Below are positions 1 through 8,780 of a stretch of DNA of 59,346 nt, in pieces. Position numbers and translations under genes: made by a program. Within the stretch, counting starts at the first letter, position 1, and each line of letters opens with the position of its first letter. The notes beneath the pieces were generated by a model. It saw only the letters and a list, made by a program, of their open reading frames with translations. It was not told the origin of the DNA and searched no databases. This stretch comes from a virus (lineage: Duplodnaviria > Caudoviricetes): positions 1 to 59,346 of IMG/VR virus record IMGVR_UViG_3300023235_000989, one strand, 5' to 3'.

Positions 1-114
1 CTTATAGCCAGAACATCCGCCACCATGCATGGCGATACGCACGCGGGGGGCATTCCCCTCAGCGGCTGCGATGCGCTTAAGCTCAGTGATCGCTGACTCA
101 GTAATACTAATCAC
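1..114 (-). CDS. iscA: A-type Fe-S cluster carrier (IscA/SufA/ErpA/HesB family), 5' part only, runs off the window edge
   Basis: Manual translation from GTG at 114 (AGGA upstream) gives MISITESAITELKRIAAAEGNAPRVRIAMHGGGCSGYK, with the family N-terminus and GGCSG motif. Not in the ORF track. Confidence 0.85.
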   Translation of the reverse strand, partial: MISITESAITELKRIAAAEGNAPRVRIAMHGGGCSGYK

Positions 115-140
115 CTTCTGTCCTACTTTACGTAGATCTC

Positions 141-605
141 TCATTCCCCTACCTGCCTGATCTCTGTCTCACCATCTTCGTTCACAAAAGATTCATGAGC
201 CTTGCCTGTTTCCATTACCTTTTGAAGTAAATCGGACTGTTCTGGTAGCTCCCTCCTAGGTTCTTTCTTGGTGTATTGCGGGCGCTCATCCTTGTCTCGT
301 TTCACGAGCCACACATCATCCATCTTACCGCCCCAGCCCGCATAATCGACCCATGTATCGAGTGGCACGATGCGATAGCCTAGTCCCGCGTAAGCTACTT
401 CTAGTTCATCTAGAATATGATAGACCTCGGGGTCCTTGATGTTGTAATACTTGCCCCTGATATCCACCTCTACACTACCCATATGAGCGTAGCTGATCCC
501 GTCGCCAAGGCTAACCGCTGCTCGTCGGTATTCGCTCGTGATCTTGTCGTGATTGTATTTGTCGCGTGCCGTCTTACTTAGTAGTCGTTTAATCAAAGAG
601 ATCAT
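141..605 (-). CDS. hypothetical protein
   Basis: 154-aa ORF within the co-oriented gene train, GGA upstream; no motif recognised. Confidence 0.7.
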   Translation of the reverse strand: MISLIKRLLSKTARDKYNHDKITSEYRRAAVSLGDGISYAHMGSVEVDIRGKYYNIKDPEVYHILDELEVAYAGLGYRIVPLDTWVDYAGWGGKMDDVWLVKRDKDERPQYTKKEPRRELPEQSDLLQKVMETGKAHESFVNEDGETEIRQVGE

Positions 606-813
606 CTATGCTTTTCCTTTTTGCTGGGTGGTATATGTAAGCGCTGTGTGTCCACAGCCTATTAAGAAGGTAGTCCCTACCCTCATGTGTCACTGTTATG
701 GGTGGTGTGATCTTACCCAGTGTGTTTGGGTAGCGTTTCTGTGAGATGACAGCTATCAGAGCTTCATCATCCTCACGAACCAGTATCAATTGTAGCGTTT
801 CACTTGTTGCCAC
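589..813 (-). CDS. hypothetical protein
   Basis: 74-aa ORF filling the gap, with short overlaps to both neighbours. Confidence 0.6.
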   Translation of the reverse strand: MATSETLQLILVREDDEALIAVISQKRYPNTLGKITPPITVTHEGRDYLLNRLWTHSAYIYHPAKRKSIDDLFD

Positions 814-1474
814 TTGACTTATTCTCTAGGTAGTCCCGGAACGTTCTCTGAAAGATAAGAGCATGGTCCCATGGGATATCAGCGCTGTCAACTAGGTCAT
901 CCAACTCAAGAACTGACGATGTGGCTAGGTAGGCTGCCGTCTCATCATCTAGAACCGCCTCGCAGTATCCCATCTTGATTAGATGATGGCGAATCCTATG
1001 GCGGAATGTCTTTGGAAGCGACTCTACCATTCCCTGCATCATCTCGCGATACTCCCTATGGAGATACCAGAATGCGTGGGATAACTCGTGATTCATAATC
1101 GAGTCTCCGCCAGATTCAAACGTGCCAATCACGTAATAGGGCTCGTCGCCTACTGGCCTGTGGCATTTGATGGTTCTGATTAACCCAGCCTCCATAAAGT
1201 CTGGCTCAAACGTCCATATGAATCTATCAGCTACGTCACCGGGGACGTTGAATCCACCCCAGTCATCGTAGTAGGTAAACTCCTCATAGCCAACTCCCGT
1301 CCCCATCGTTTTCGCGTAAGCCTTCTTGAACTCATCACGCGTAAAATGCTTACCTCTAAAGCCAGGAATCCCTGACTCATAGAACTCCTGCATCCGCATG
1401 AATGCCCTAGCAAGCATTGTCTGGTTGGGGCAGACGACGTGGACTATGCCGGGGAACGGGGTTAGGACTTTCAT
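800..1474 (-). CDS. putative zincin-like (HExxH) metalloprotein
   Basis: NHELSHA motif with a downstream DETAAY (possible third Glu ligand); GGGA upstream. Confidence 0.55.
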   Translation of the reverse strand: MKVLTPFPGIVHVVCPNQTMLARAFMRMQEFYESGIPGFRGKHFTRDEFKKAYAKTMGTGVGYEEFTYYDDWGGFNVPGDVADRFIWTFEPDFMEAGLIRTIKCHRPVGDEPYYVIGTFESGGDSIMNHELSHAFWYLHREYREMMQGMVESLPKTFRHRIRHHLIKMGYCEAVLDDETAAYLATSSVLELDDLVDSADIPWDHALIFQRTFRDYLENKSSGNK

Positions 1475-1478
1475 TTCC

Positions 1479-1910
1479 CTATGGGTATGTTACAGTGCCC
1501 GTGCCAGTTAAATTACTACCCCAGGGGGTTCCGTTAGGATAAAATCCCTGACACCAGTATTTTACCCACGTAAACGTGTCGGGGTCGTCGGGATTCTGCT
1601 GAAAGAGATAGTAGTCATTTGTTGGGCTCATACCGGTGCCGTATCGGTTTTTCCAAACACGATAGTATTCCACATTAGAGCCATTGGGGTTGGTGCCGCC
1701 AATAGTAAAAATCAAAGACTCGCTAGTTCTAGAGTTAGAGAAGTCAACCTTGGCGGCAAGGCCATTGGCATCACATGTAAACTTGCCCGTCGTAGTAGGA
1801 CCCTCCTGATAAGCACCCGTGCTGCTTGTTCCGATCGGCTTGACGGTTTCTTGTGATAGCGCTGGGAGCGCAAGAAGAGCGATGGTTGTGATAAATGCTA
1901 GTGTGTTCAT
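1479..1910 (-). CDS. putative secreted protein with N-terminal signal peptide
   Basis: Hydrophobic leader MNTLAFITTIALLALPALS, then a T/G/N-rich beta-type sequence with two Cys. Confidence 0.6.
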   Translation of the reverse strand: MNTLAFITTIALLALPALSQETVKPIGTSSTGAYQEGPTTTGKFTCDANGLAAKVDFSNSRTSESLIFTIGGTNPNGSNVEYYRVWKNRYGTGMSPTNDYYLFQQNPDDPDTFTWVKYWCQGFYPNGTPWGSNLTGTGTVTYP

Positions 1911-1953
1911 ATTATTTTCTTACTGGCTGCAATAGATCGAAAGTGATCTGTTC

Positions 1954-2814
1954 TTACTTAGTTGGTGGGACATAATTGTCAAGATGCTCTCCCTTCAGCA
2001 TCTTCCTGTATTGAATCCAGCCTTTGAAGTTACCACTCCAGGCATTAGGATTGGCGTCAGGGGTCGCAATATGCTCAAATGGACTGAGGTGTTTGCTGCT
2101 AAATAGCCTATCATACAAAGCTATGTCTAGGTCGATAGTCGGTGTCTTGTTATCATGCGTCAAGTAAGACACACGAGCACACCTAGCGATCGATGCGCGG
2201 ATTAGACTGCGCTCGTTCTTAAGATGACTATTCTTCGTGTGTCCCGGAGCGAACCGTTCCTCATCTTGAATATACGGTAGATGCCATTGGCCAGGGTTAA
2301 GACGACGGGGTTGACCAGAGTAATACAAGTCCCTCATCTGATCAGCTAGGACTTTGATCTCAGGCTGTGCGTCGGGATGACAACGAAGTGAGAAAAAGTT
2401 GTCGAACTCTGTTGCCGTAAGCACTACCGATATGTGTGCCCATGGCTCGGTCATTCGATTAACTACCTGCTTATGTAGCCCCATGCTTTCTAGACCGCGT
2501 GCGATAGCTAGAACTCCATCTCTTGCTTCTAGCCATAGCTTTTCACAAGCCTTAGCCTGGAAGGCGTCCATCTCCTTTTCTGCCTGCATACCCTTCTGGT
2601 TCAAACCCCAGTGAATAGGCATGGCTGGATTGGTCTCGATGTCATTAAAGAGTCGAGCGGCTGGAATCGCACGGCTAGACGATGCGTTACGACTAAAGAG
2701 TCGATGAGTCATCAATTCCGCGTGAATAAACCTAGGGTAACGCAGTTGAAACGTAGTCAACCTAGCCCGTGTTGGGCTGATCGAGTCTTCAATGATTTTT
2801 GCTTCGATTGTCAT
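1954..2814 (-). CDS. thyX: FAD-dependent thymidylate synthase (ThyX/Thy1, phage type)
   Basis: Motifs HAELMTHRLFSRNASSSRAIP, LRCHPDAQPEI, ARCARVSY and HLSPFEH. Confidence 0.92.
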   Translation of the reverse strand: MTIEAKIIEDSISPTRARLTTFQLRYPRFIHAELMTHRLFSRNASSSRAIPAARLFNDIETNPAMPIHWGLNQKGMQAEKEMDAFQAKACEKLWLEARDGVLAIARGLESMGLHKQVVNRMTEPWAHISVVLTATEFDNFFSLRCHPDAQPEIKVLADQMRDLYYSGQPRRLNPGQWHLPYIQDEERFAPGHTKNSHLKNERSLIRASIARCARVSYLTHDNKTPTIDLDIALYDRLFSSKHLSPFEHIATPDANPNAWSGNFKGWIQYRKMLKGEHLDNYVPPTK

Positions 2815-3146
2815 ACTTCTCTAATGGAGTTGCTTTCAGGGCTATAGATCATATCGTTGACAATAGCGCCGCCGAACTCGTGGACTTGATAAAAACAGTC
2901 AACGTCAAGCTTTTGCTTGCTAGTCATCGTGACACCTAGATTTCCATAGCACCTAGCCATTAAGGAGTCTCTAAGGCTGTCAAAGATGCCAACAATAAAG
3001 TGGTGATGTTCGCTTTCGACATGCATCACGAGGACATACTTGCTGTCTTGCTTATCATACTTTTTAGCCAAGTCCTTATGAATAAAGTTACGATGCCCAG
3101 GTGCTGGAGGAGGGAGTTCGGTCCAATCTTTATTTACGGATGTCAT
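2811..3146 (-). CDS. hypothetical protein
   Basis: 111-aa ORF with ATGA overlap to thyX. Confidence 0.65.
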   Translation of the reverse strand: MTSVNKDWTELPPPAPGHRNFIHKDLAKKYDKQDSKYVLVMHVESEHHHFIVGIFDSLRDSLMARCYGNLGVTMTSKQKLDVDCFYQVHEFGGAIVNDMIYSPESNSIREV

Positions 3147-3148
3147 TT

Positions 3149-3370
3149 TTAGAACTGACCTGGATTGCCGAACTCCTTAAGCTTGGCGTTGGCGTCCTCT
3201 AGGCGGGTATTCATGGTGATCCTTTCTGCCGCTAGGATAAAAGACCTTTCCGTCACTTCATCAAGCTCGACTTGCGTCGTAGCACATTGCTTAAACAAGC
3301 CTACTACCTGCTGGTTGGTGAGGTGGACGGTTTCTCCGTCTACATCAATCTTAATCGTCTTATCAAACAT
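3149..3370 (-). CDS. hypothetical protein (short coiled coil)
   Basis: 73-aa ORF with GGAG RBS, overlapping the upstream stop. Confidence 0.6.
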   Translation of the reverse strand: MFDKTIKIDVDGETVHLTNQQVVGLFKQCATTQVELDEVTERSFILAAERITMNTRLEDANAKLKEFGNPGQF

Positions 3371-3890
3371 TCCCTTCTCCTGTTAGCTTGTATACATCAG
3401 CTAGTGTTGTGCCGTTGTGCGTTAGTCGTTTATTGTTATACTCTGCGTTAGTGTTACTAACCCTACGAGTAAGAGCTTCTATCAGAGCGTCCTTGGTTCT
3501 TCCATCAGCGACTTGACTACTGAGGTCGTGGATATCTTTTGCAAAATCCTCTATGATCAATTGGCTAGCGGCGAGGTCAGCCCTCGCCTCCTTATGGGCG
3601 CTTTCCGCTTGACCCCTAGACCTTTCTGCACGCCGTGCAATACGACGCAGTTCGTCACAACGAAACATGAGGTTGAATCCCATGATGCCTAGTCCAGCCA
3701 ACACTGATGTCATAATGCCCATCGTTAATCCTATCAGAAGATAGACCATAGCAAAGTTGACTACCATGTAGGCAACTAGATTAGTATAGGAGCTAGTCTT
3801 CAGTAGCGGGATCGTCGCCAAAGATCTTGTCGATAAGGTCTTGGGTCTCTTTATATTCTGCTCGTTCTCGTTCGGTATTGTAGTAGACAC
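3363..3890 (-). CDS. membrane protein with hydrophobic segments and C-terminal coiled coil (true start probably downstream, near 3767)
   Basis: Long hydrophobic stretch LVAYMVVNFAMVYLLIGLTMGIMTSVLAGLGIMGF followed by a heptad-like region. Confidence 0.55.
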   Translation of the reverse strand: MSTTIPNENEQNIKRPKTLSTRSLATIPLLKTSSYTNLVAYMVVNFAMVYLLIGLTMGIMTSVLAGLGIMGFNLMFRCDELRRIARRAERSRGQAESAHKEARADLAASQLIIEDFAKDIHDLSSQVADGRTKDALIEALTRRVSNTNAEYNNKRLTHNGTTLADVYKLTGEGNV

Positions 3891-4161
3891 GTGGTTTTAG
3901 AATCTCTGTTGAAATATGACCGCAGGCTGCTTCGCCAGCGTGAGCGCAGACCGAGCTACCGTAGTCCGCCTCTTCACTCTCCGCAGCGTCCAGGAAGACC
4001 GCCCTTAGCTCTAAGACCTCTTGCCTAACGAGGCGATTCTCTCGCACCATCAGCTTAGAAAGCTCTGCATACAGGGCGTCTTGCATCCCTACTGGGATCT
4101 TAGCGGCGTCAATCGCTTGGTAGATACGTGCTCTAAGCTCGACAGGAAGTGGATAGCTCAT
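3793..4161 (-). CDS. hypothetical protein
   Basis: Start moved to ATG at 4161 (MSYPLP), immediately downstream of the promoter motif at 4168-4193. Confidence 0.65.
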   Translation of the reverse strand: MSYPLPVELRARIYQAIDAAKIPVGMQDALYAELSKLMVRENRLVRQEVLELRAVFLDAAESEEADYGSSVCAHAGEAACGHISTEILKPRVYYNTERERAEYKETQDLIDKIFGDDPATED

Positions 4162-4167
4162 ACCCCT

Positions 4168-4193
4168 ATTATGTGGCAACTAGGGTTTTTCGT
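4168..4193 (-). promoter_or_regulatory. putative phage promoter, copy 1 (ACGA-N12-GCCACATAAT)
   Basis: Bipartite motif shared with five other gene-boundary sites at identical 12-nt spacing. Confidence 0.75.
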
Positions 4194-4212
4194 GCGGTTT
4201 TTTATCGGCGTT

Positions 4213-4647
4213 TTATAGCTCCACCATCTCCACTCCAGCCTCATCAGCCATTTCGTTAGCTAGTTGAAAAGATTCCCCCCAACGCTCAAGCTCGTCAGCG
4301 CTAGGCTTTGGGAAGACAACACGTTTAATGCCAGCGTTAATCATAAGCTTCATGCAATCAGAGCAAGGAGCTAACGAGTTGTAGGCGGTAGCCCCCACTG
4401 TTGACTGAGTTGCGTTTAGGACCGCGTTTACCTCAGCATGAACAACTAGTTTGTATTTAGTAGGGCGATGATTCAGCCTCTCTGGTGTGTCGGCAATCTT
4501 ACGAGGAAAGCCATTGTAGCCTAGGCCAATTGGGATGTGTCGGTCATTAGCCAACACGCACCCGACTTTGGTTGACGGGTCCTTGCTCCATTTAGAGCCA
4601 ATGTAATTCGCCAACCCTACAAGTTTCTTGTCCCACTCTTCGCTCAT
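4213..4647 (-). CDS. dCMP deaminase
   Basis: SKDPSTKVG, GYNG, HAEVNA and PCSDC zinc-binding motifs. Confidence 0.93.
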   Translation of the reverse strand: MSEEWDKKLVGLANYIGSKWSKDPSTKVGCVLANDRHIPIGLGYNGFPRKIADTPERLNHRPTKYKLVVHAEVNAVLNATQSTVGATAYNSLAPCSDCMKLMINAGIKRVVFPKPSADELERWGESFQLANEMADEAGVEMVEL

Positions 4648-4658
4648 TTTTATCTCTC

Positions 4659-6683
4659 TTACATGATAGCCAAAGCTTCCCATCTCCCATACTCAGCAAA
4701 AGCGTGAGGTTGTGGTAGATAGTTACTTCTTTGAAAGGCTAGGTATTCAGTTGCTAGTTCAGAAGTCTGACCAAACAACGCTGGATTCTCTGCGATCAAC
4801 TTAATTGCTGGAGTTCCCCATAGTTGTAGTCCGCCGCCCGCGTGCTCGAATAGTGCAGGGTCTAGGTATTGTGCCGGGGTCAATGGGCTACCATCTGGAT
4901 TCCACTTAACGCCAGCACCGACCTGTGCGTTTAGTAGGGTGGGACCATCACGAGTTGCAAGCCAGCCATGCTCGACAAGGGCAACGCCCCACGCGATCAT
5001 AAGATCACGCACGATAGGATCATGAGTAGTATTATAGAGTGCGACTACACCAACAAAGCCGAGGGTCTCATTCCACGGAACCCAAGCTTCTACTAGCCCA
5101 TTAAGGACCCTGTTGTCTAAGACGTGACCCCAGTTCCTAACCGGAGAGATGTTAGCACCATCCCATTGGATATTACATACTTCATGGAATCGATTAAGCA
5201 TATGCTGCTTGATCTCTTCTCGTCCAGTTAGAAGATAGTGGTTACAGACCGCGTGAGTATTTCTACCAAAGCCACGGGGTGCGCGCTTGTCACAAGTTGA
5301 CCAGCCTGGATACTCACTAGGTAGCGTCATCCCAGCAAAGTAATGCTCCATCTCTACGTCTGCTTCGTCTTGGAGCATGTAAGAACCGGTGAGCAGCGCA
5401 GCCATAGTTAAGAGATTGCTAGAGTGATGCTGGGCGTCCTTACCAAACCAACCATGATGAACATCACCTGGACCCGCGAGGGTTTTACCAAGACGATCTG
5501 GTGACACGGACGTATGCCAGTGAGTCTGACCCGACCATGTCACCCATTGTGGGTGGCTTGTGTGCCTTACTGGACTAGCGTCAGCTTCATAATAGTGTCC
5601 TGGTCGCTTCGTATCTTCAGTAGCCATAAACAGGTAAGCATCTAGCAACTCAGCAGCTCCAAGATACAATACTTCGCCACCTTCGATACAACCGAAGTCT
5701 CGCTGCGCACCAGTTTGTCCAGCGGTCTTAGCCAAACCTAGAAGATACGAGTCCCAGGGGTTACCATTGTCGTTCATGTAAGAACTAAACGTATGATAGC
5801 GGGTATAGACATGACTCCACGGGTTATTACCCTGTGGTGGCTGGATTATACCGAACGAAGCGTATGCGTTGGTGTCCTTCCACGAGGTAGACATACCATA
5901 CAGTGGGAAGTCAAGGGCAGCTAGACCGTTAGATGCTTGGAATGTATCAGTAAGGTCGATAGCTGGCATCAGCTCGCCATACCATACCTGCTTCTGTCCA
6001 TCACCAAAGTAGCTATTCATAGGCATGAGACGGAAGTCAGCATGCGGCTCTAAAGCCTCTACGCCACGCCTTCTCATCCCACGGACATTCATTAGGTTCC
6101 CACCACCAGAGAGTAGGCGGATATCCTCAAACGGATAGGAGTATAGCGTGTTGTCTGGGTTAGACCCAGTGATCGCCAATTCAAACTTGATGAGCTGTTG
6201 CTGTGACGATATGTAATACTTCATATCAACCACAAAGTTACCCATGCGGTGACGAGACTGATAGACCCCACGTAGTCTATTGTGCTCTAGAAGCGTTACA
6301 TCTCCAGTAAACTGAGTCCACTCCCAGTTGCCATTTACCTTAATACCTAGCCTGGGGGAGTTGGCACCGGCAGTGTCAAGAACTGCTTGATGAATTCGGT
6401 ATCTCGGCTGGACTAATAGCTGACCGTCAACTAGGTTATGAACTTGTGTTGTCTGTCCTGGAATCGTAAGCCGAGCCAGTAGCCTAGCGTAACGGACTGT
6501 CCCGTCGTCCCACCTAGCGCCAAAGGGCTCAACAAGGGAGTCAATTTGTTCCCCCGCGCTGTCCTCTAAGACTAGGGGTGACTGTCCATCCCATTCGCCA
6601 GTGGCAAAGTCTACGGTAGCATAAGCCACCTCTGTTCGATCAAAGTTGGATAGATTAGGGAAACGGATTTGCTTGTTGATCAT
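4659..6683 (-). CDS. large hypothetical protein, possibly a carbohydrate-active lyase/hydrolase-like fold
   Basis: N-terminal ARWDDGTVRYARL resembles the N-terminal barrel of exo-rhamnogalacturonan-lyase-like proteins; the C-terminal half is aromatic/His-rich and helical. Confidence 0.5.
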   Translation of the reverse strand: MINKQIRFPNLSNFDRTEVAYATVDFATGEWDGQSPLVLEDSAGEQIDSLVEPFGARWDDGTVRYARLLARLTIPGQTTQVHNLVDGQLLVQPRYRIHQAVLDTAGANSPRLGIKVNGNWEWTQFTGDVTLLEHNRLRGVYQSRHRMGNFVVDMKYYISSQQQLIKFELAITGSNPDNTLYSYPFEDIRLLSGGGNLMNVRGMRRRGVEALEPHADFRLMPMNSYFGDGQKQVWYGELMPAIDLTDTFQASNGLAALDFPLYGMSTSWKDTNAYASFGIIQPPQGNNPWSHVYTRYHTFSSYMNDNGNPWDSYLLGLAKTAGQTGAQRDFGCIEGGEVLYLGAAELLDAYLFMATEDTKRPGHYYEADASPVRHTSHPQWVTWSGQTHWHTSVSPDRLGKTLAGPGDVHHGWFGKDAQHHSSNLLTMAALLTGSYMLQDEADVEMEHYFAGMTLPSEYPGWSTCDKRAPRGFGRNTHAVCNHYLLTGREEIKQHMLNRFHEVCNIQWDGANISPVRNWGHVLDNRVLNGLVEAWVPWNETLGFVGVVALYNTTHDPIVRDLMIAWGVALVEHGWLATRDGPTLLNAQVGAGVKWNPDGSPLTPAQYLDPALFEHAGGGLQLWGTPAIKLIAENPALFGQTSELATEYLAFQRSNYLPQPHAFAEYGRWEALAIM

Positions 6684-6707
6684 ATGATCGCCTCGATGGA
6701 TATTTAG

Positions 6708-8780
6708 TTAAATCTCACAGATGTCGTTACTACAATACTTCTCCCCCTCCGCCTCTCCGCCACGTAACGACGCAAGTCGTAGCTTCTTCAAGCCTGCAAC
6801 ATAAAGATCAAAGTCTTCCTTTTCGCATTTTTGATAGGGGGCCTGTTCATACTTATGGTCTTGTAATGGCAAGAAGCTTAGTGTCTTAACGTAAGGAGCG
6901 TGATACTCAATAGCGCTCTTCAGGTCGGGCACTTCTTCTGGCTTGAATGTCACGGTGATACTCACAGAGTTATCAGACCACTTGTCCTGCATTTCACGAG
7001 CTAGACAAAGCTGCTCCCACAGAGAGATGTCGAACTTACTCTTAGTGAAGTTCTTCTCTTTGACTGGGAAGTAGACAACTAGCGATCCACCAGCGGCGGC
7101 GAATCCATCCAGCGTATCCTGACTAACCTCTTCGATCGTTAGTCCAACACGCCATGCCGTATCTTTATTTACAGCAATAACCTTCTCATAAACCTTTTGG
7201 TCTGTTGCAGAGAATTCAATGCGGTAGTTAGCAGTAGACAGCTTGGCAACCAGAGGATGCATTGCAGCGATCCGGAAGGTGCGCCAGTAGTATTCAGAGT
7301 GAGTGCAATGAACACCTGGAGTAGCGCCAGCTAATAGCGACACCGTGCCACTTGGCTTGACTGTTGTCACCTTGATAGAGGTAGGAATACCCAACCAGCG
7401 TGAATATACTCGATCCCAGTGCTTGACTACGTCATATCCCTTATCGCAGAAGTCACTGAAGAACTTGGCTGATCCAAACTTCTTTAGCGCTTGCTGAATA
7501 CCTGACATGCTAAGCCCAATACGACGATTGCTTAACATAACCTGATTAGTTAGGGCATTATGCGTTGGGATCAACGTAACGGTCTTCGCATACATAAATG
7601 CATACTTGAGCGTCTCGTGATACTCTTCAACAGTCTCGTGGTTAGCGGGGAATGTTTCAACTAGACAGCATAATTCACCATGCTTAAGACTTTGCTCAGC
7701 ACAGGGATTAAATCCATCTACATCATCAAAGCGACTGCTTGTTTCCGGCATCCAACCATCCTTAAGTCTGCCATAGTGGCGCGCATTCTTAAGAAAGATG
7801 AGTCCAGGCTCTCCATTCTTAGCGATAGACTCAACCGCATTCTCAAATGTGCTGTCGGACGTTACGAAGATAGAGTTGTTCGACGCCCAGCGACGATCCA
7901 TTAGCTCCTTAGAGAAGCGCTCAGGGTCTTTCATTTGGACGAAGTCCAAGTCATCCTCTTCACCAATAGCAATCTCGGCTCCGCGACGCACGTTTCCGCT
8001 CACTACAAACTTACCGATGAAATTCATTACGTCGGTAATACCAACAGACGTTAGTGTCTGACCCGCAAATCCATCTAGAAGAATACGGATAGACTTCAAC
8101 CCCTCTTTAAGTGGCTCTGGTCCACATGCAATACCACCAAAGCCACGAATAGGCTCGCCAGCCTTGCGGATAAGATGGAACTCGAAATCAACGCGCTGCT
8201 GACCCGCCCTAGAATACGAGTCTAGTAGCAATTTGACAGCCTCAACCCAACCCTCTCTGGTATCAGGGATGGTGTAGGTGACCCCATCATCTTTGGGCTT
8301 GTGGATAGTGGCCTTGCCCGCACCCTTTACGTCAAAACCTACACCGACACCGAGCATCATCATATCAGCACACCAAACGAATGGCATGGAGAACTCGCGA
8401 TGGATGTCCCTTGTGCTAATGAAGCCACAGTTCTGTAGCGCGGCTGATCCGATCTTCTCTACGACTGGTGAGCCCATGATCCATAGACCACGTCCGGGTG
8501 GTAGGAACTTGAATTCCCACATCTTCTGAAACATCTTATGTGCGGTAGCCTGAGCCTTTTGAGGAATCCACTCTAGCCCTACCTGCTTGCAGTGCTTTAG
8601 CTGAATGTTGAAGATGCCCTCAACTACACGCTGACAAGTCTCCCAATACTCTTCTTGCTGTCCATTAGTTTTCTTCCTGGCATACTTAGTCTTGTAGACA
8701 AAATATGACAGATCTCCAAAGCCCCATTCTGGTTGCTTTCCTTTATACTGACCAATGAATAGGTCGGATAATCTAAACAC
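6708..8780 (-). CDS. nrdJ: class II (adenosylcobalamin-dependent) ribonucleotide reductase, monomeric RTPR type
   Basis: PPGRGLW, NCGF, FNPCAEQ, TTVKPSGTVSLL and a C-terminal CSNDIC cysteine pair. Confidence 0.93.
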   Translation of the reverse strand: MFRLSDLFIGQYKGKQPEWGFGDLSYFVYKTKYARKKTNGQQEEYWETCQRVVEGIFNIQLKHCKQVGLEWIPQKAQATAHKMFQKMWEFKFLPPGRGLWIMGSPVVEKIGSAALQNCGFISTRDIHREFSMPFVWCADMMMLGVGVGFDVKGAGKATIHKPKDDGVTYTIPDTREGWVEAVKLLLDSYSRAGQQRVDFEFHLIRKAGEPIRGFGGIACGPEPLKEGLKSIRILLDGFAGQTLTSVGITDVMNFIGKFVVSGNVRRGAEIAIGEEDDLDFVQMKDPERFSKELMDRRWASNNSIFVTSDSTFENAVESIAKNGEPGLIFLKNARHYGRLKDGWMPETSSRFDDVDGFNPCAEQSLKHGELCCLVETFPANHETVEEYHETLKYAFMYAKTVTLIPTHNALTNQVMLSNRRIGLSMSGIQQALKKFGSAKFFSDFCDKGYDVVKHWDRVYSRWLGIPTSIKVTTVKPSGTVSLLAGATPGVHCTHSEYYWRTFRIAAMHPLVAKLSTANYRIEFSATDQKVYEKVIAVNKDTAWRVGLTIEEVSQDTLDGFAAAGGSLVVYFPVKEKNFTKSKFDISLWEQLCLAREMQDKWSDNSVSITVTFKPEEVPDLKSAIEYHAPYVKTLSFLPLQDHKYEQAPYQKCEKEDFDLYVAGLKKLRLASLRGGEAEGEKYCSNDICEI

